Of a stretch of 64,000 bases of DNA, positions 1 through 9,465 are shown piece by piece. Below the pieces are notes generated by a model that worked only from the letters and a program-made list of their open reading frames with translations, made no database searches and was not told the DNA's origin. This DNA is from Candidatus Omnitrophota bacterium (lineage in GTDB: Bacteria > Omnitrophota > Gorgyraeia > Gygaellales > Profunditerraquicolaceae), in NCBI GenBank assembly GCA_041308845.1, contig JBFZAT010000002.1:566-64565 (forward strand). The letters run 5' to 3'. How positions within the stretch are numbered: the stretch's first letter is position 1; each line of letters opens with the position of its first letter. The position numbers and the translations under genes were made by a program.

Positions 1-106
1 CAAGACTCTGTAGGCTGGTGGTAGACTACCACCTTAATAGGCGTAGAGTGTAAGATCCGTAAGGATTTCAGCTAATACGTACTAATCAGCCAATCGGCTT
101 GTCCTT
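1..106 (+). rRNA. rrl: 23S rRNA, 3' terminal fragment (partial; gene starts upstream of window)
   Basis: Positions ~60-106 (gctaatacgtactaatcagccaatcggcttgtcc) match the conserved 3'-terminal helix region of bacterial 23S (cf. E. coli GCTAACCGGTACTAATGAACCGTGAGGCTTAACC); a 5S gene follows ~245 nt downstream, as in rrn operons. Confidence 0.7.
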
Positions 107-351
107 AATTTTGTTTTCATTTGGTTTATTTTGGATAAGTAGTTTTTAGCTCACTAAAATCTGTGTGTAGTTGTTGATGTTTTTAAAAAAGTACAAGAGG
201 CTCTTAAGGCGCGCAAGCGCCGGAGCCAAAGGTATTTGTAAAACAAATGTACCGCGCTAGGCGTGGAATGATACGCTTAGGATTATATTCGAATGTTGTA
301 ACGCGCGGTACCAAAATTTTTTGATTAGTTTTTTCTGCCATTCAAAAAATT

Positions 352-467
352 TTGGAGTGCCTTTATCGAGGGGGAAACACCCGTTCCCATTCCGAATACG
401 GCCGTTAAGCCCCTCAGAGCCGATGGTAGTGTGTTCGTAAGGACATGTGAGAGTAGGTCGGTGCTCC
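352..467 (+). rRNA. rrf: 5S rRNA
   Basis: Contains the conserved 5S blocks ccgttcccattccgaa, gccgatggtagtgtg and gagagtaggtcg. The 5' ggagtgcc pairs with the 3' ggtgctcc (helix I). Length ~116 nt. Confidence 0.85.
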
Positions 468-482
468 TTTAAATCAAATAAA

Positions 483-517
483 AAAGCCAGTGATTAATTT
501 CGCTGGCTTTTTTATTT
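483..517 (+). terminator. Rho-independent terminator of the rRNA operon
   Basis: aaagccag-(12 nt loop)-ctggcttt stem followed by a T-run (ttttttatttg). Confidence 0.7.
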
Positions 518-770
518 GTCCTCGGCGTTACCATAAATTTTTTATACAAGGCTTAGCCGGGGATCGCCCCATTTTAAGATCCTGCGCTGCGCGCAGGATT
601 TCGCTATATTTTATTGGGTACTCAAACTTTGCCGGATAGAATCCTTTTTGTACCTAGTCTTTTTATATAGGTGCTCACTCCGACCTACTCTCACAAAGTG
701 GTGCAAGGGTAAAAATTATTCCGATTATCTACTGATAGATTAGCGAGGTTTTTATTATTCCGTATTTTTG

Positions 771-798
771 TTGACAATCACATTGGCAGGGGTAGAAT
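771..798 (+). promoter_or_regulatory. sigma70-like promoter (TTGACA-16-TAGAAT) upstream of DUF2905 gene
   Basis: ttgaca at 771-776 and tagaat at 793-798 with 16-nt spacer; ~57 nt upstream of the 856 start codon. Confidence 0.4.
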
Positions 799-855
799 AA
801 AACCGGCCACAGGATTGCAACTTTGTACTAAATTAATCAAAACTAAAGGTGTGTC

Positions 856-1086
856 ATGGCTGATTGGCTGGATATTGGTAGAGTACTGGTTTTTTTCGGG
901 ATTATCATTATTTTGGGTGGAATACTAATTTTACTCACCGGCAAGATTCCTCTTCTAGGAAGATTGCCCGGGGATATTACGATACACACAAAGAAATTTC
1001 ACTTTTACTTTCCGGTTGCGACTTCTATAATTATCAGTATTTTTCTTACGTTTATTATTAATGTCATCTTCAGGCATAAAAAATAA
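856..1086 (+). CDS. DUF2905-family small membrane protein
   Basis: 76 aa with two TM helices and the GRLPGDI...FHFYFP motif typical of DUF2905. Confidence 0.7.
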   Translation: MADWLDIGRVLVFFGIIIILGGILILLTGKIPLLGRLPGDITIHTKKFHFYFPVATSIIISIFLTFIINVIFRHKK

Positions 1087-1104
1087 GATGAAGTTGGAGG
1101 TTAT

Positions 1105-1542
1105 ATGCGTACACCGTGTTTAATAATTATTTTATTCCCGTTTTTAATTTTAACATTAGGTGCGCATAGTTATTTTCTTTATGCTCAGGCTATTGAAATT
1201 CCCCAAGTAGAAGTTGGTAACCTGGAGTTTCACCTGATTACCGAAGATAGTGTTGATATTAAGGTTTTTATTGATGGTAAGCTGGCGATTAATGAAGAAT
1301 TTATTCAAAAGCAAAAAAATCCTGATTTAGGTATTGTGCCGCATAAAATATTTCAGTTTAAACTTAAGCCGGGTAAACATTTGGTAACCGCTCAAGCCCA
1401 TCAAGGTCAACAGACTTTTACTGGTGAATTTAAATTAATTGATAAAAGATGGGTGGTTCTTTATTATGTTGATCCTCAGCGCCTAAAGCAGAAAGAACCG
1501 TTTTCTATGGAGGTTTATAAATTCCAAGTTATGTATCAATAG
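1105..1542 (+). CDS. secreted hypothetical protein (N-terminal signal peptide)
   Basis: 145 aa; hydrophobic N-terminus LIIILFPFLILTLGAHS followed by a hydrophilic domain. No family recognised. Confidence 0.55.
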   Translation: MRTPCLIIILFPFLILTLGAHSYFLYAQAIEIPQVEVGNLEFHLITEDSVDIKVFIDGKLAINEEFIQKQKNPDLGIVPHKIFQFKLKPGKHLVTAQAHQGQQTFTGEFKLIDKRWVVLYYVDPQRLKQKEPFSMEVYKFQVMYQ

Positions 1543-1665
1543 GCAGGTTGCGATGACGATGGTTATTGTAATGTTCTGGCCAGCTTCATTATAGTATATT
1601 TTATGTCAGGATCTTGAAAAACTCAGGTTTGTAGTATATACTTTAAACAAGTTAAGTTAGTTTTA

Positions 1666-1712
1666 CCACGGCCACGGTGGAAAATATTTTGTTTTACGGC
1701 CGTGGTTTTTTA
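1666..1712 (+). terminator. putative Rho-independent terminator
   Basis: ccacggcc ... ggccgtgg stem with a ~24-nt loop, followed by tttttt. Confidence 0.4.
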
Positions 1713-1727
1713 TTTAAAAGGAGATAA

Positions 1728-2153
1728 ATGTATAAACGCAGCTGGGGCAATGATCGTAGAAGATTTATGCGTCTTAATCTTAATTTGGTTGTTTGGTATA
1801 GAGTCTTGCGACCGCCTCCGGGTGCAAATATGCTTGGCAGGGCAGAGCGTGAAGCGGTTACTTTAGATATCAGCCCTTTTGGGATGGGGTTTATGAGCAG
1901 TTTTAATATACCTGTATATACTGATCTGGGCCTTAAATTGATTATTTTTACTGCCCAAGATGGTACTTATACTACCTTGACTGAACCGATTGAGATTAAT
2001 GCTAGGGTGCGTTCTTGCGCGCCTTGTGAAAATAATGAATTCAGGGTGGGCGTATCGTTCACTAATATTGAGCTTGAAAAACAGCAAAAATTAGCTAAGT
2101 TTATGCGGGAAAGCCAGAGAGTTTTTGTGAGCAGCTATAAGCATTTTATCTAG
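1728..2153 (+). CDS. PilZ domain protein (c-di-GMP binding)
   Basis: N-terminal RRRFMR (RxxxR) and the downstream DISPFG (D/NxSxxG) motifs, the two c-di-GMP-binding signatures of PilZ domains. Good RBS (aaaggag) 6 nt upstream. Confidence 0.55.
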   Translation: MYKRSWGNDRRRFMRLNLNLVVWYRVLRPPPGANMLGRAEREAVTLDISPFGMGFMSSFNIPVYTDLGLKLIIFTAQDGTYTTLTEPIEINARVRSCAPCENNEFRVGVSFTNIELEKQQKLAKFMRESQRVFVSSYKHFI

Positions 2154-2242
2154 CCGAGTAAATAGCGGCGTTAGTAGATTGAATTTCCCAGGCCTGAAAG
2201 GGCTTGGGATTTTTAGTTTCTAGGGGTATAATTATCTATAAG

Positions 2243-2914
2243 ATGAAAGAACCAAAACGTTTATTGACCGCTGCGCAGGCTAAGGCTTTAGACCAAAAAG
2301 CCTTAACTCAATTTGGCATCTCTACTTTGGTTCTCATGGAGAATGCCGGGCGGGCAGTAGCAGAAGAAACCCTAAAAGTTTTAAAATCACGAAGAGATCA
2401 GCTTGCGCTGTTCTGTGGTATGGGTAATAATGGAGGAGATGGTCTTTGTGCAGCCAGGCATTTATTAGTCGCGGGTTTACAGCCACAGGTATATTTGGTT
2501 GGTAAGATTAAAGATGTTAAGAGCGAAGCCAAAGTTAATTTAGATATGTTACTAGAATTAAAACAAAAAATAACGGAAATCAACTCCGATAATATTAATT
2601 ACATAAGAAATAAGATCGTTGCCCTTCGATTAATTATCGATGCGCTTTTAGGAGTGGGGGTTAAAGGGGAACTCCGGCCGCTTTATCAACAACTGATCGA
2701 TATGATTAATATCTCTACTGTGCCTGTCCTTTCTGTTGATATTCCTTCGGGGCTGGATGCTACTACCGGTAGAATATTAGGCTGTTGCATAAAAGCAGAT
2801 CGAACAGTAACTTTTGTGGCTAAAAAACGCGGAATGGTTTATGGGGAAGGCAAACAATACTGCGGTAAGGTTTTAGTCAGAGCAATCGGGCTGCCCAGTA
2901 TTTCTTTGTTCTGA
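2243..2914 (+). CDS. nnrE: NAD(P)H-hydrate epimerase (YjeF N-terminal domain)
   Basis: LALFCGMGNNGGDGL motif and overall YjeF_N architecture; start taken at the internal ATG (MKEPKR), not the upstream in-frame ATG at 2204. Confidence 0.75.
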   Translation: MKEPKRLLTAAQAKALDQKALTQFGISTLVLMENAGRAVAEETLKVLKSRRDQLALFCGMGNNGGDGLCAARHLLVAGLQPQVYLVGKIKDVKSEAKVNLDMLLELKQKITEINSDNINYIRNKIVALRLIIDALLGVGVKGELRPLYQQLIDMINISTVPVLSVDIPSGLDATTGRILGCCIKADRTVTFVAKKRGMVYGEGKQYCGKVLVRAIGLPSISLF

Positions 2915-2954
2915 AGTATGGTAATATAATAGTAACGCAAATACTTTTAATTAA

Positions 2955-5342
2955 ATGAGGGTTGACATGAAAACAAAACATCCATCAAGATTACCTAAAA
3001 ACGAAATGGAAAAACTCAACGCATACTGGAGGGCGGCTAATTATCTTTCTGTTGGCCAAATTTATCTTTTAGATAATCCTTTACTTAAAGAGCCACTGAG
3101 TCTGAAACATATTAAACCGCGGCTTTTAGGTCACTGGGGTACTACTCCGGGTCTCAATTTTATTTATGTTCACCTTAACCGTTTGATTAAAAAACATGAT
3201 TTAGATATGATTTATATTACCGGTCCTGGACACGGCGGGCCAGGGCTGGTGGCTTGTGCTTATTTGGAAGGTACTTATAGTGAATATTATCCGGACATTT
3301 CAGAAGATGCGGAAGGAATGAAAAAGCTTTTCAAGCAATTTTCTTTTCCTGGAGGGATTCCCAGTCATGTCGGTGCCGAGACTCCGGGATCAATGCATGA
3401 GGGGGGAGAGTTAGGGTATTCTTTGTCCCATGCATACGGGGCGGCGTTTGATAATCCGGATTTGATTGTCGCCTGTGTAGTGGGTGACGGAGAGGCAGAA
3501 ACCGGACCCTTGGCCTGTGCCTGGCATTCTAATAAATTTTTAAATCCGGTTTCGGATGGAGCAGTGCTACCTATTTTACATTTAAACGGATATAAAATAT
3601 CTAATCCTACTTTACTTGCGCGAATTGATAAACAGGAATTAAAACAGTTTTTTATCGGGCATGGGTATAAGCCCTATTTTGTTGAAGGCGCTGATCCTGG
3701 GAAAATGCATCAGTTGATGGCTGAAACTCTGGATAAAGTTTTAGCAGAGATTAAAGCTATCCAGAAAAAAGCCCGTCGCCGTAAAAAGACTGTTGTTCGT
3801 CCGATTTGGCCGATGATTGTTTTGAACACTCCTAAAGGCTGGACTGGGCCCAAGAGTATTGATGGTTTAAAAACAGAAGGATACTGGCGTTCACATCAAG
3901 TGCCTTTTGCTGAAATGACAGAAAAACCCGGGCATCTTATTGCTCTGGAGCAATGGATGAAAAGTTATAAGCCGCAGGAACTTTTCGATAAACAAGGGAA
4001 ATTAAGCAAGGAGTTAGCAGTTCTGGCACCCAAAAAGAAATTACGCATGAGCGATAATCCACATACTAACGGCGGTTTGCTGTTAGTCGATCTTAAACTT
4101 CCAGATTTTCGTAAATATGCGGTTAGTTTTACTCAACCTGGTATTATCGAATCGGAACCGACTAAGGTCATGGGGTATTTCTTAGCCGATGTGATGAGGG
4201 GCAATTTAGGAAGCAAAAACTTTCGGGTTTTCGGTCCTGATGAGACCACTTCTAACCGCCTGGGGGCGATACTTGATGTGACCAAGCGTACCTGGTTAGC
4301 CCGGATCTTACCGGAGGACGACCGTTTGGCTGTTAATGGCAGGGTTATGGAAATTTTGAGTGAGCATACCTGTCAGGGCTGGTTAGAAGGTTATTTACTG
4401 ACCGGCCGACATGGTTTTTTTTCTTGTTATGAGGCTTTTATTCATATTGTAGATTCCATGTTTAATCAGCATGCTAAATGGTTAAAAACTTCTCGGCGTA
4501 TCCCCTGGCGCCGTCCGATTGCTTCGTTAAATTATCTTTTGACTTCGCATGTCTGGAGGCAGGATCACAATGGTTCTTCTCATCAGGATCCGGGTTTTAT
4601 TGATCACGTGGTTAACAAGAAAGCTGAGATTATCCGAGTTTATCTGCCGCCAGATACCAATACCTTGCTTTCAGTGACTGATCATTGTTTGCGCAGCCGC
4701 CATTATGTTAATGTGATCGTGGCCGGCAAACATCCGGGTCTACAGTATTTGAATATGGATGCCGCCATTAAACATTGCACTAAAGGGATCGGCATCTGGG
4801 ATTGGGCGAGTAATGACTATGGGACAGAGCCGGATGTAGTGATGGCTTGCGCCGGAGATGTGCCCACCTTAGAAACTTTAGCTGCGGTAGATATTTTAAG
4901 GCAGAATTTTCCTGCCTTGCGGATACGGGTAATTAATGTGGTTGACTTGATGACCCTGCAACCACGCAGTGAACACCCACACGGGCTTTCGGATAAAGAT
5001 TTTGATAGTTTGTTTACTGTAGATAAACCAGTAATTTTTGCTTTTCATGGTTATCCTTGGTTGATTCATCGTCTCCTATATCGTCGAACTAATCATAAGA
5101 ATGTTCATGTGCGGGGCTATAAAGAAGAAGGGACGACTACTACTCCGTTTGATATGACCGTACTGAATGAGCTTGACCGTTTTAACCTGGCTGATGATGT
5201 AATCGACCGAATGGAGGGTTTACAAAAACAGGCCGCGCATGTTAAAGATTGGCTGCATAATAAGTTAATTGAACACAAACAGTATATTATTTCTCACGGC
5301 GAGGACATGCCGGAGATTCGTAATTGGAAGTGGCCGTATTAA
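2955..5342 (+). CDS. xfp: xylulose-5-phosphate/fructose-6-phosphate phosphoketolase
   Basis: 795 aa; conserved [28 protein letters not shown] and [13 protein letters not shown] blocks of the TPP-dependent phosphoketolase family. Confidence 0.9.
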   Translation: MRVDMKTKHPSRLPKNEMEKLNAYWRAANYLSVGQIYLLDNPLLKEPLSLKHIKPRLLGHWGTTPGLNFIYVHLNRLIKKHDLDMIYITGPGHGGPGLVACAYLEGTYSEYYPDISEDAEGMKKLFKQFSFPGGIPSHVGAETPGSMHEGGELGYSLSHAYGAAFDNPDLIVACVVGDGEAETGPLACAWHSNKFLNPVSDGAVLPILHLNGYKISNPTLLARIDKQELKQFFIGHGYKPYFVEGADPGKMHQLMAETLDKVLAEIKAIQKKARRRKKTVVRPIWPMIVLNTPKGWTGPKSIDGLKTEGYWRSHQVPFAEMTEKPGHLIALEQWMKSYKPQELFDKQGKLSKELAVLAPKKKLRMSDNPHTNGGLLLVDLKLPDFRKYAVSFTQPGIIESEPTKVMGYFLADVMRGNLGSKNFRVFGPDETTSNRLGAILDVTKRTWLARILPEDDRLAVNGRVMEILSEHTCQGWLEGYLLTGRHGFFSCYEAFIHIVDSMFNQHAKWLKTSRRIPWRRPIASLNYLLTSHVWRQDHNGSSHQDPGFIDHVVNKKAEIIRVYLPPDTNTLLSVTDHCLRSRHYVNVIVAGKHPGLQYLNMDAAIKHCTKGIGIWDWASNDYGTEPDVVMACAGDVPTLETLAAVDILRQNFPALRIRVINVVDLMTLQPRSEHPHGLSDKDFDSLFTVDKPVIFAFHGYPWLIHRLLYRRTNHKNVHVRGYKEEGTTTTPFDMTVLNELDRFNLADDVIDRMEGLQKQAAHVKDWLHNKLIEHKQYIISHGEDMPEIRNWKWPY

Positions 5343-5343
5343 A

Positions 5344-5598
5344 ATGGGTAAATTCAAACTGGATCTACATGAAATATTTAATGATAGTCGCAGAATCGAA
5401 GAATCACTGGAGAAGATTATTGCCGAGGCAGTAAAAAATAAAATTACTGAAGTTGAGATTATTCCGGGTAAAGGTAGCGGTCAATTAAAGAAAAGTGTGT
5501 TGCGTTTTCTGCAGCAGCCTAGGATCAAACAGCTCTACCATCGTTTGGAGAAAGATGATAAGAACTTCGGGCGCATTTTTGTACACTTTAGATATTAG
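5344..5598 (+). CDS. Smr domain protein
   Basis: LDLHE...IIPGKGSGQLKKSVLRFL matches the Smr (MutS2 C-terminal) fold. Start moved to the ATG at 5344, immediately after the xfp stop, because the longer ORF overlaps xfp. Confidence 0.65.
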   Translation: MGKFKLDLHEIFNDSRRIEESLEKIIAEAVKNKITEVEIIPGKGSGQLKKSVLRFLQQPRIKQLYHRLEKDDKNFGRIFVHFRY

Positions 5599-5608
5599 AT
5601 ATAGCATA

Positions 5609-5735
5609 GAAGACGTTTTACATAACTAATTGCCAAGTCGTGGATTATAAAACAAATATTTAATGGTATAATACAATAATTGTTTTATAAATATAAGATA
5701 GCCAGAGGTTTATATAGAACGTCTTATTTATTAAA
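5609..5735. repeat. copy 1 of a ~117-nt intergenic element bounded by 10-bp terminal inverted repeats (AGACGTTTTA ... aACGTCTt)
   Basis: Shares extended similarity with 14073-14200: agacgtttta[c/t]ataac, an internal taattgtttt, and aacgtcttat[t/g]tattt at the far end. Confidence 0.55.
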
Positions 5736-5813
5736 ATATACATAATATTACTGGACAAATCTTGAATATATGTTAAACTTATCAAGTAGTGAATAAAGGA
5801 TTAGAAGTTTGTA

Positions 5814-5852
5814 GGCCGCGAGGTTTAGAAAATATCCTTCGCGGTTTTTTGT
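5814..5852 (+). terminator. terminator-like hairpin plus U-tract inside the cspA upstream/leader region
   Basis: ggccgcgagg ... ccttcgcgg stem followed by tttttt; lies only ~45 nt upstream of the cspA start codon. Confidence 0.5.
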
Positions 5853-5897
5853 TTCTGCCATTATTTGCTAAAATTTTAGAGAAAGGGGGAGTAAATA

Positions 5898-6098
5898 ATG
5901 GCAAAGGGAAAAGTAAAGTGGTTTTCAGACCAAAAAGGGTTTGGGTTTATTACGCCTGAATCCGGTAGCGATGTATTTGTTCATCACAGCGCAATCCAGG
6001 GCGAAGGTTACAAGTCTCTAGCTGAAGGTCAGGATGTTGAGTTTAACATCGAGAAGGGGCCTAAAGGCGAGCAGGCTACTAATGTAGTCAAGCTGTAA
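5898..6098 (+). CDS. cspA: cold-shock protein (CspA family)
   Basis: 66 aa; [14 protein letters not shown] (RNP1) and VFVHHSAI (RNP2) motifs; strong RBS aaaggggga. Confidence 0.9.
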   Translation: MAKGKVKWFSDQKGFGFITPESGSDVFVHHSAIQGEGYKSLAEGQDVEFNIEKGPKGEQATNVVKL

Positions 6099-6102
6099 AC
6101 CA

Positions 6103-6143
6103 AATACCATAATAGCCTGGCTTCAATTAATTTGAGGTCAGGC
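6103..6143 (+). terminator. Rho-independent terminator after cspA
   Basis: atagcctg-loop-caggctat stem followed by tttttt. Confidence 0.7.
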
Positions 6144-6250
6144 TATTTTTTTCGCTACGAACTGCACACCGGTGCAATAAGCGCCGGAGTTTTTGCTAAT
6201 GTGCTAAGCGCTATGCAGCACTGGTTATGTTTGTACACAAGGGGGTAAAA

Positions 6251-6451
6251 ATGAACACAGGAAAGATTAAAAAATTAGTTCGGGACAGAGGTTTTGGTTT
6301 TATTAGTGATACTGATGGCCGGGAGTTATTTTTCCACCAGAATAGTTTGGTCGAAGTTAAGTTCGCTGCCCTAAATGAGGAGCAGTCAGTTTCCTATGAA
6401 GTTGAAAAATCTGATAAAGGCCCGCGGGCGATTAATGTACGCCTGGTTTAA
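6251..6451 (+). CDS. cold-shock domain protein (divergent second paralogue)
   Basis: RGFGFISDTDGRELFFHQ is a CSD signature. Start taken at the internal ATG (MNTGKIKK) preceded by gggggtaaaa. Confidence 0.75.
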   Translation: MNTGKIKKLVRDRGFGFISDTDGRELFFHQNSLVEVKFAALNEEQSVSYEVEKSDKGPRAINVRLV

Positions 6452-6492
6452 AATTACTTTTGATTTAATTTAAAAAGTGTATAATATAGTTT

Positions 6493-6876
6493 ATGAAAAA
6501 GAAGCAGAAGGAGAAATTCGTAATTGATTGTCTTAAGTGCCGCAATCAAGCAGATTGCTGCCGTTTCGGTGCCTGGATTGATCTAGAAGAAGCTAAGAAG
6601 ATATTAGCTTTAGGAATAAAGGGTGATTTTTTTCATTTAGAAATAGATAGGGATTTCCCTTCCGGTTATAAAGTGGGCACTAGTTACGAAGATGAACCGT
6701 GCGCTTTTCAGGATATTGATGGTTTGTGCCGCATACATAAGGTGGATTATAACCTTAAACCGTTAACTTGCAAAGAATTCCCATATGAGGGGGATAAAAT
6801 CGCCCCGATTGCCGATGTATTGTGTGTGGTGCATAAAGCCAATATTCGCAAGGCTAAAGCCGGCAGGAAAAATTGA
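6493..6876 (+). CDS. YkgJ/UPF0153-like cysteine-cluster (putative Fe-S or Zn binding) protein
   Basis: N-terminal C-x2-C-x5-CC motif (CLKCRNQADCC) typical of the putative zinc- or iron-chelating domain, with further conserved Cys downstream. Confidence 0.45.
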   Translation: MKKKQKEKFVIDCLKCRNQADCCRFGAWIDLEEAKKILALGIKGDFFHLEIDRDFPSGYKVGTSYEDEPCAFQDIDGLCRIHKVDYNLKPLTCKEFPYEGDKIAPIADVLCVVHKANIRKAKAGRKN

Positions 6877-7139
6877 GCATGGGTACCCAGAAAGATCCGC
6901 GCTGGTATTTTAAAACTTGGTCATTGGTTATTGCTTTTGTTTGCGTTGGGCCGTTTATGCTGCCCCTTGTTTGGGTCCATCCTCGTTTTAGCCTAAAATT
7001 AAAGCTGGTTATTACTTTGGTGGTATTGAGCATAACCTGTATTATAACCGGAATTTTGATAAGATCATTAAAGTCGATTATCAGTTATTATCAATATGAA
7101 GTATACTCAAGGGACTATCGGCCGGGTTTTTCTGGTTAA
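6873..7139 (+). CDS. small membrane protein (two predicted TM helices)
   Basis: TTG/ATG start overlaps the upstream stop by 4 nt. Two hydrophobic segments. Overlaps the next gene by 44 nt, so the call is uncertain. Confidence 0.3.
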   Translation: MSMGTQKDPRWYFKTWSLVIAFVCVGPFMLPLVWVHPRFSLKLKLVITLVVLSITCIITGILIRSLKSIISYYQYEVYSRDYRPGFSG

Positions 7140-7533
7140 GTTCGATAATCAAGATATTCTAATTTCGAACCTAAGTGCATTAGCCAAGAAGGAAAAGATT
7201 AAAGCTGCCACACTAATTTTTATCGGCGCCCTCAAATCAGGTAATTTAGTGACTGGTCCTAAACATCCGGTTATCCCGCCGCAGCCTAATAAAGTGGTAT
7301 TCAAGGATGGTTGGGAAGTGATGGGGCTGGGCACGCTTTTTACAAACTCTCAGGGGCCCCAGATTCATATTCATGCCAGCATGGGTAAGAAAAATAAAGT
7401 TTTGACTGGATGCCTGAGAGGCAATTCTAAAGTTTTCTTAGTCATTGAGGCAATTCTGTTGGAATTAAAAGGAGTAAAGGCGCACAAAGAAATCGATCCG
7501 GCTACCGGCCTTAACCTGCTTAAGATTTTATAA
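7096..7533 (+). CDS. PPC/DUF296-domain protein (PD1-like predicted DNA-binding fold)
   Basis: GRVFLVKF...D...I..L...A...K...A..IF.GALKSG..V.G pattern characteristic of DUF296/PCC domains. Confidence 0.5.
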   Translation: MKYTQGTIGRVFLVKFDNQDILISNLSALAKKEKIKAATLIFIGALKSGNLVTGPKHPVIPPQPNKVVFKDGWEVMGLGTLFTNSQGPQIHIHASMGKKNKVLTGCLRGNSKVFLVIEAILLELKGVKAHKEIDPATGLNLLKIL

Positions 7534-7537
7534 GTTT

Positions 7538-9409
7538 ATGCCCACCAAACTATTCGGTAAACTCAATTCTTTTATCTTTATTTTTTTAATTATAATGCTC
7601 GGAGCCTTGGTATATCATAATTGCCTAGGTGGAGATTTTATTTGGGATGATCTCGGATTAGTCAAAAATAATATTTATATCAGAGGTTGGTCAAACTTAC
7701 CCGTAATTTTTACCCAGAATATCTGGTCCGGAGTAGGCGAAGGGTCGACATTATACCGGCCGCTACAAATAGCGACCTATTTGTTGGACTATTCTCTATG
7801 GAATTTAAATCCAGCAGGATATCATTTTACTAATGTTTTACTGCATATTTTAGCAGCTTTAACTCTGTATTGGCTGCTTTGTCTGTTATTTAAAAACCAA
7901 ATCTTAGCATTATTTTCTAGCTTATTGTTTGTGGCTCACCCGGTTCAGGTTGAGGCAGTGGCTTATATTGCCGGCCGGGCGGATCCTTTAGCGGCCATAT
8001 TTATTTTTATTTCTTTTGCATTTTATTTAAGGTTCTTGCAGAGTAAAAAAATGTTGATTTTAGTTATGGCCGGCTTAAGTTTTATCTTGGCGCTTCTATC
8101 CAGAGAGAACGCTCTCGTCCTTCCGGCATTACTATTGCTTTATCATTATGTTTTTAAAAAGAAGTTAGAGCCAAAGTCGTTTCGGCCGTTTTTAGTTATC
8201 GCTAGCGTATATATTATTTTAAGATTAGCTTTTAAAGGCACAGTTTTTTATGATATTCCGGCGGCGAGCACTCTTGCCCAGCGAACCCCGGGTTTCTTGG
8301 CTGCGCTGGCTAGTTATTCTCGGATTTTATTGCAGCCTTTTAACTTACATATGGAGTATGGCAATCTGTATTTTAGTTGGTTTTGTCCTGAAGTATTATT
8401 GGGTGCGGGAATACTTTTATTACTCTTTGCTGGAATTTTGAAAAGCCGGCAGCGCCAACCGTTGGTTTGTTTTTCTTTATCCTGGTTTATAATCACACTC
8501 CTACCCTCAGCCAATCTTTACCCAATCAATGCTTATATGGCTGAGCATTGGCTTTATTTACCGTCTATTGGATTTTTTGTCATTATCGGTCAAAGTTTTG
8601 CTTTTTTATATGCCAGAGGAAGACTTAGATTATTAGCGTTAGCTGCTTTAATTTGCTTGTTGATTTTTTATACCGATTTAACCATAAAACAGAACGCTTA
8701 TTGGCAATCGGAAAAATTTTTCTATAAAAGGACCTTATTCTACGGCCCTAGTAATGCCCGGGTACATAATAATTTAGGCAACCTTTATTTACGCTCGGGC
8801 AATATAGATGCCGCCATTAAAGAATATTTAAGGGCGATTGAAATCAGTCCGGGCTTTGCGTATGCTTACCGTAATCTCGGAGACCTTTATTGTACTATCG
8901 GAAATCCGGAAGCGGGGATAAAAATGTATTTAATGGCTGTCCGGGCAGACCCTCGGTATGCGCCAGCCTATAATAATATTTGCAATACTTATATTTCTTC
9001 AGGTAGGAATGAAGAGGGGATAAAGTATTGTCAGATCGCTTTGGGATTAGATAATTCTTTGGCATCAGCTTATTACAATTTGAGCAATGCCTACTATAAC
9101 TTAGGCAATAAAAATGAGGCAATGCAAATGCTCAAAGAATCTATTAAGTATAATCCTTTTTATACAGAAGCTTATAATAATCTGGCTGCCCAGTATACGG
9201 AAAAAGGCGAGATCTCCGCGGCGATTGGTTTATGGAAGAAATGTGTAAGTATCGACCCGGATTTTATTGTTGCGCATTTCAATCTGGCGGTTTTTTATTT
9301 AAAGCTGAAAGATTATGATTTAGCCATTAGGCATGCTGATCGAGTGGTGGCTTTAGGTGGGCAAATTGATGCGCGGTTTTTAGAAGAGCTGAAGCCTTTC
9401 AGGAGGTAA
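7538..9409 (+). CDS. TMTC-like polytopic membrane protein with C-terminal TPR repeats (putative protein O-mannosyltransferase-like)
   Basis: N-terminal half has ~10 TM segments with a DD motif (FIWDDLGLV) near the first loop, as in TMTC/PMT_2-like glycosyltransferases. The C-terminal ~200 aa carry multiple 34-aa TPR units (AYxNLGNxY..). Confidence 0.65.
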   Translation: MPTKLFGKLNSFIFIFLIIMLGALVYHNCLGGDFIWDDLGLVKNNIYIRGWSNLPVIFTQNIWSGVGEGSTLYRPLQIATYLLDYSLWNLNPAGYHFTNVLLHILAALTLYWLLCLLFKNQILALFSSLLFVAHPVQVEAVAYIAGRADPLAAIFIFISFAFYLRFLQSKKMLILVMAGLSFILALLSRENALVLPALLLLYHYVFKKKLEPKSFRPFLVIASVYIILRLAFKGTVFYDIPAASTLAQRTPGFLAALASYSRILLQPFNLHMEYGNLYFSWFCPEVLLGAGILLLLFAGILKSRQRQPLVCFSLSWFIITLLPSANLYPINAYMAEHWLYLPSIGFFVIIGQSFAFLYARGRLRLLALAALICLLIFYTDLTIKQNAYWQSEKFFYKRTLFYGPSNARVHNNLGNLYLRSGNIDAAIKEYLRAIEISPGFAYAYRNLGDLYCTIGNPEAGIKMYLMAVRADPRYAPAYNNICNTYISSGRNEEGIKYCQIALGLDNSLASAYYNLSNAYYNLGNKNEAMQMLKESIKYNPFYTEAYNNLAAQYTEKGEISAAIGLWKKCVSIDPDFIVAHFNLAVFYLKLKDYDLAIRHADRVVALGGQIDARFLEELKPFRR

Positions 9410-9465
9410 AAATATTGAATGTTTCTAAAATTTAGCATGCTATAATACCAAGCCAAGGAGTAAAA

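Noticed and set aside
110-350. Possible tRNA in the 23S-5S spacer
   Set aside because: No cloverleaf-compatible arms or conserved T-loop (GTTCRANYC). The region only shows a 9-bp inverted repeat (gtaccgcgc/gcgcggtac, 249-311) and a GCAA-tetraloop hairpin (210-225), consistent with spacer processing structure.
5269-5343. N-terminal extension of the Smr ORF overlapping the end of xfp
   Set aside because: The extension lies in an alternative frame of the phosphoketolase C-terminus. The Smr domain begins at ATG 5344 immediately after the xfp stop, which gives a sensible gene boundary.
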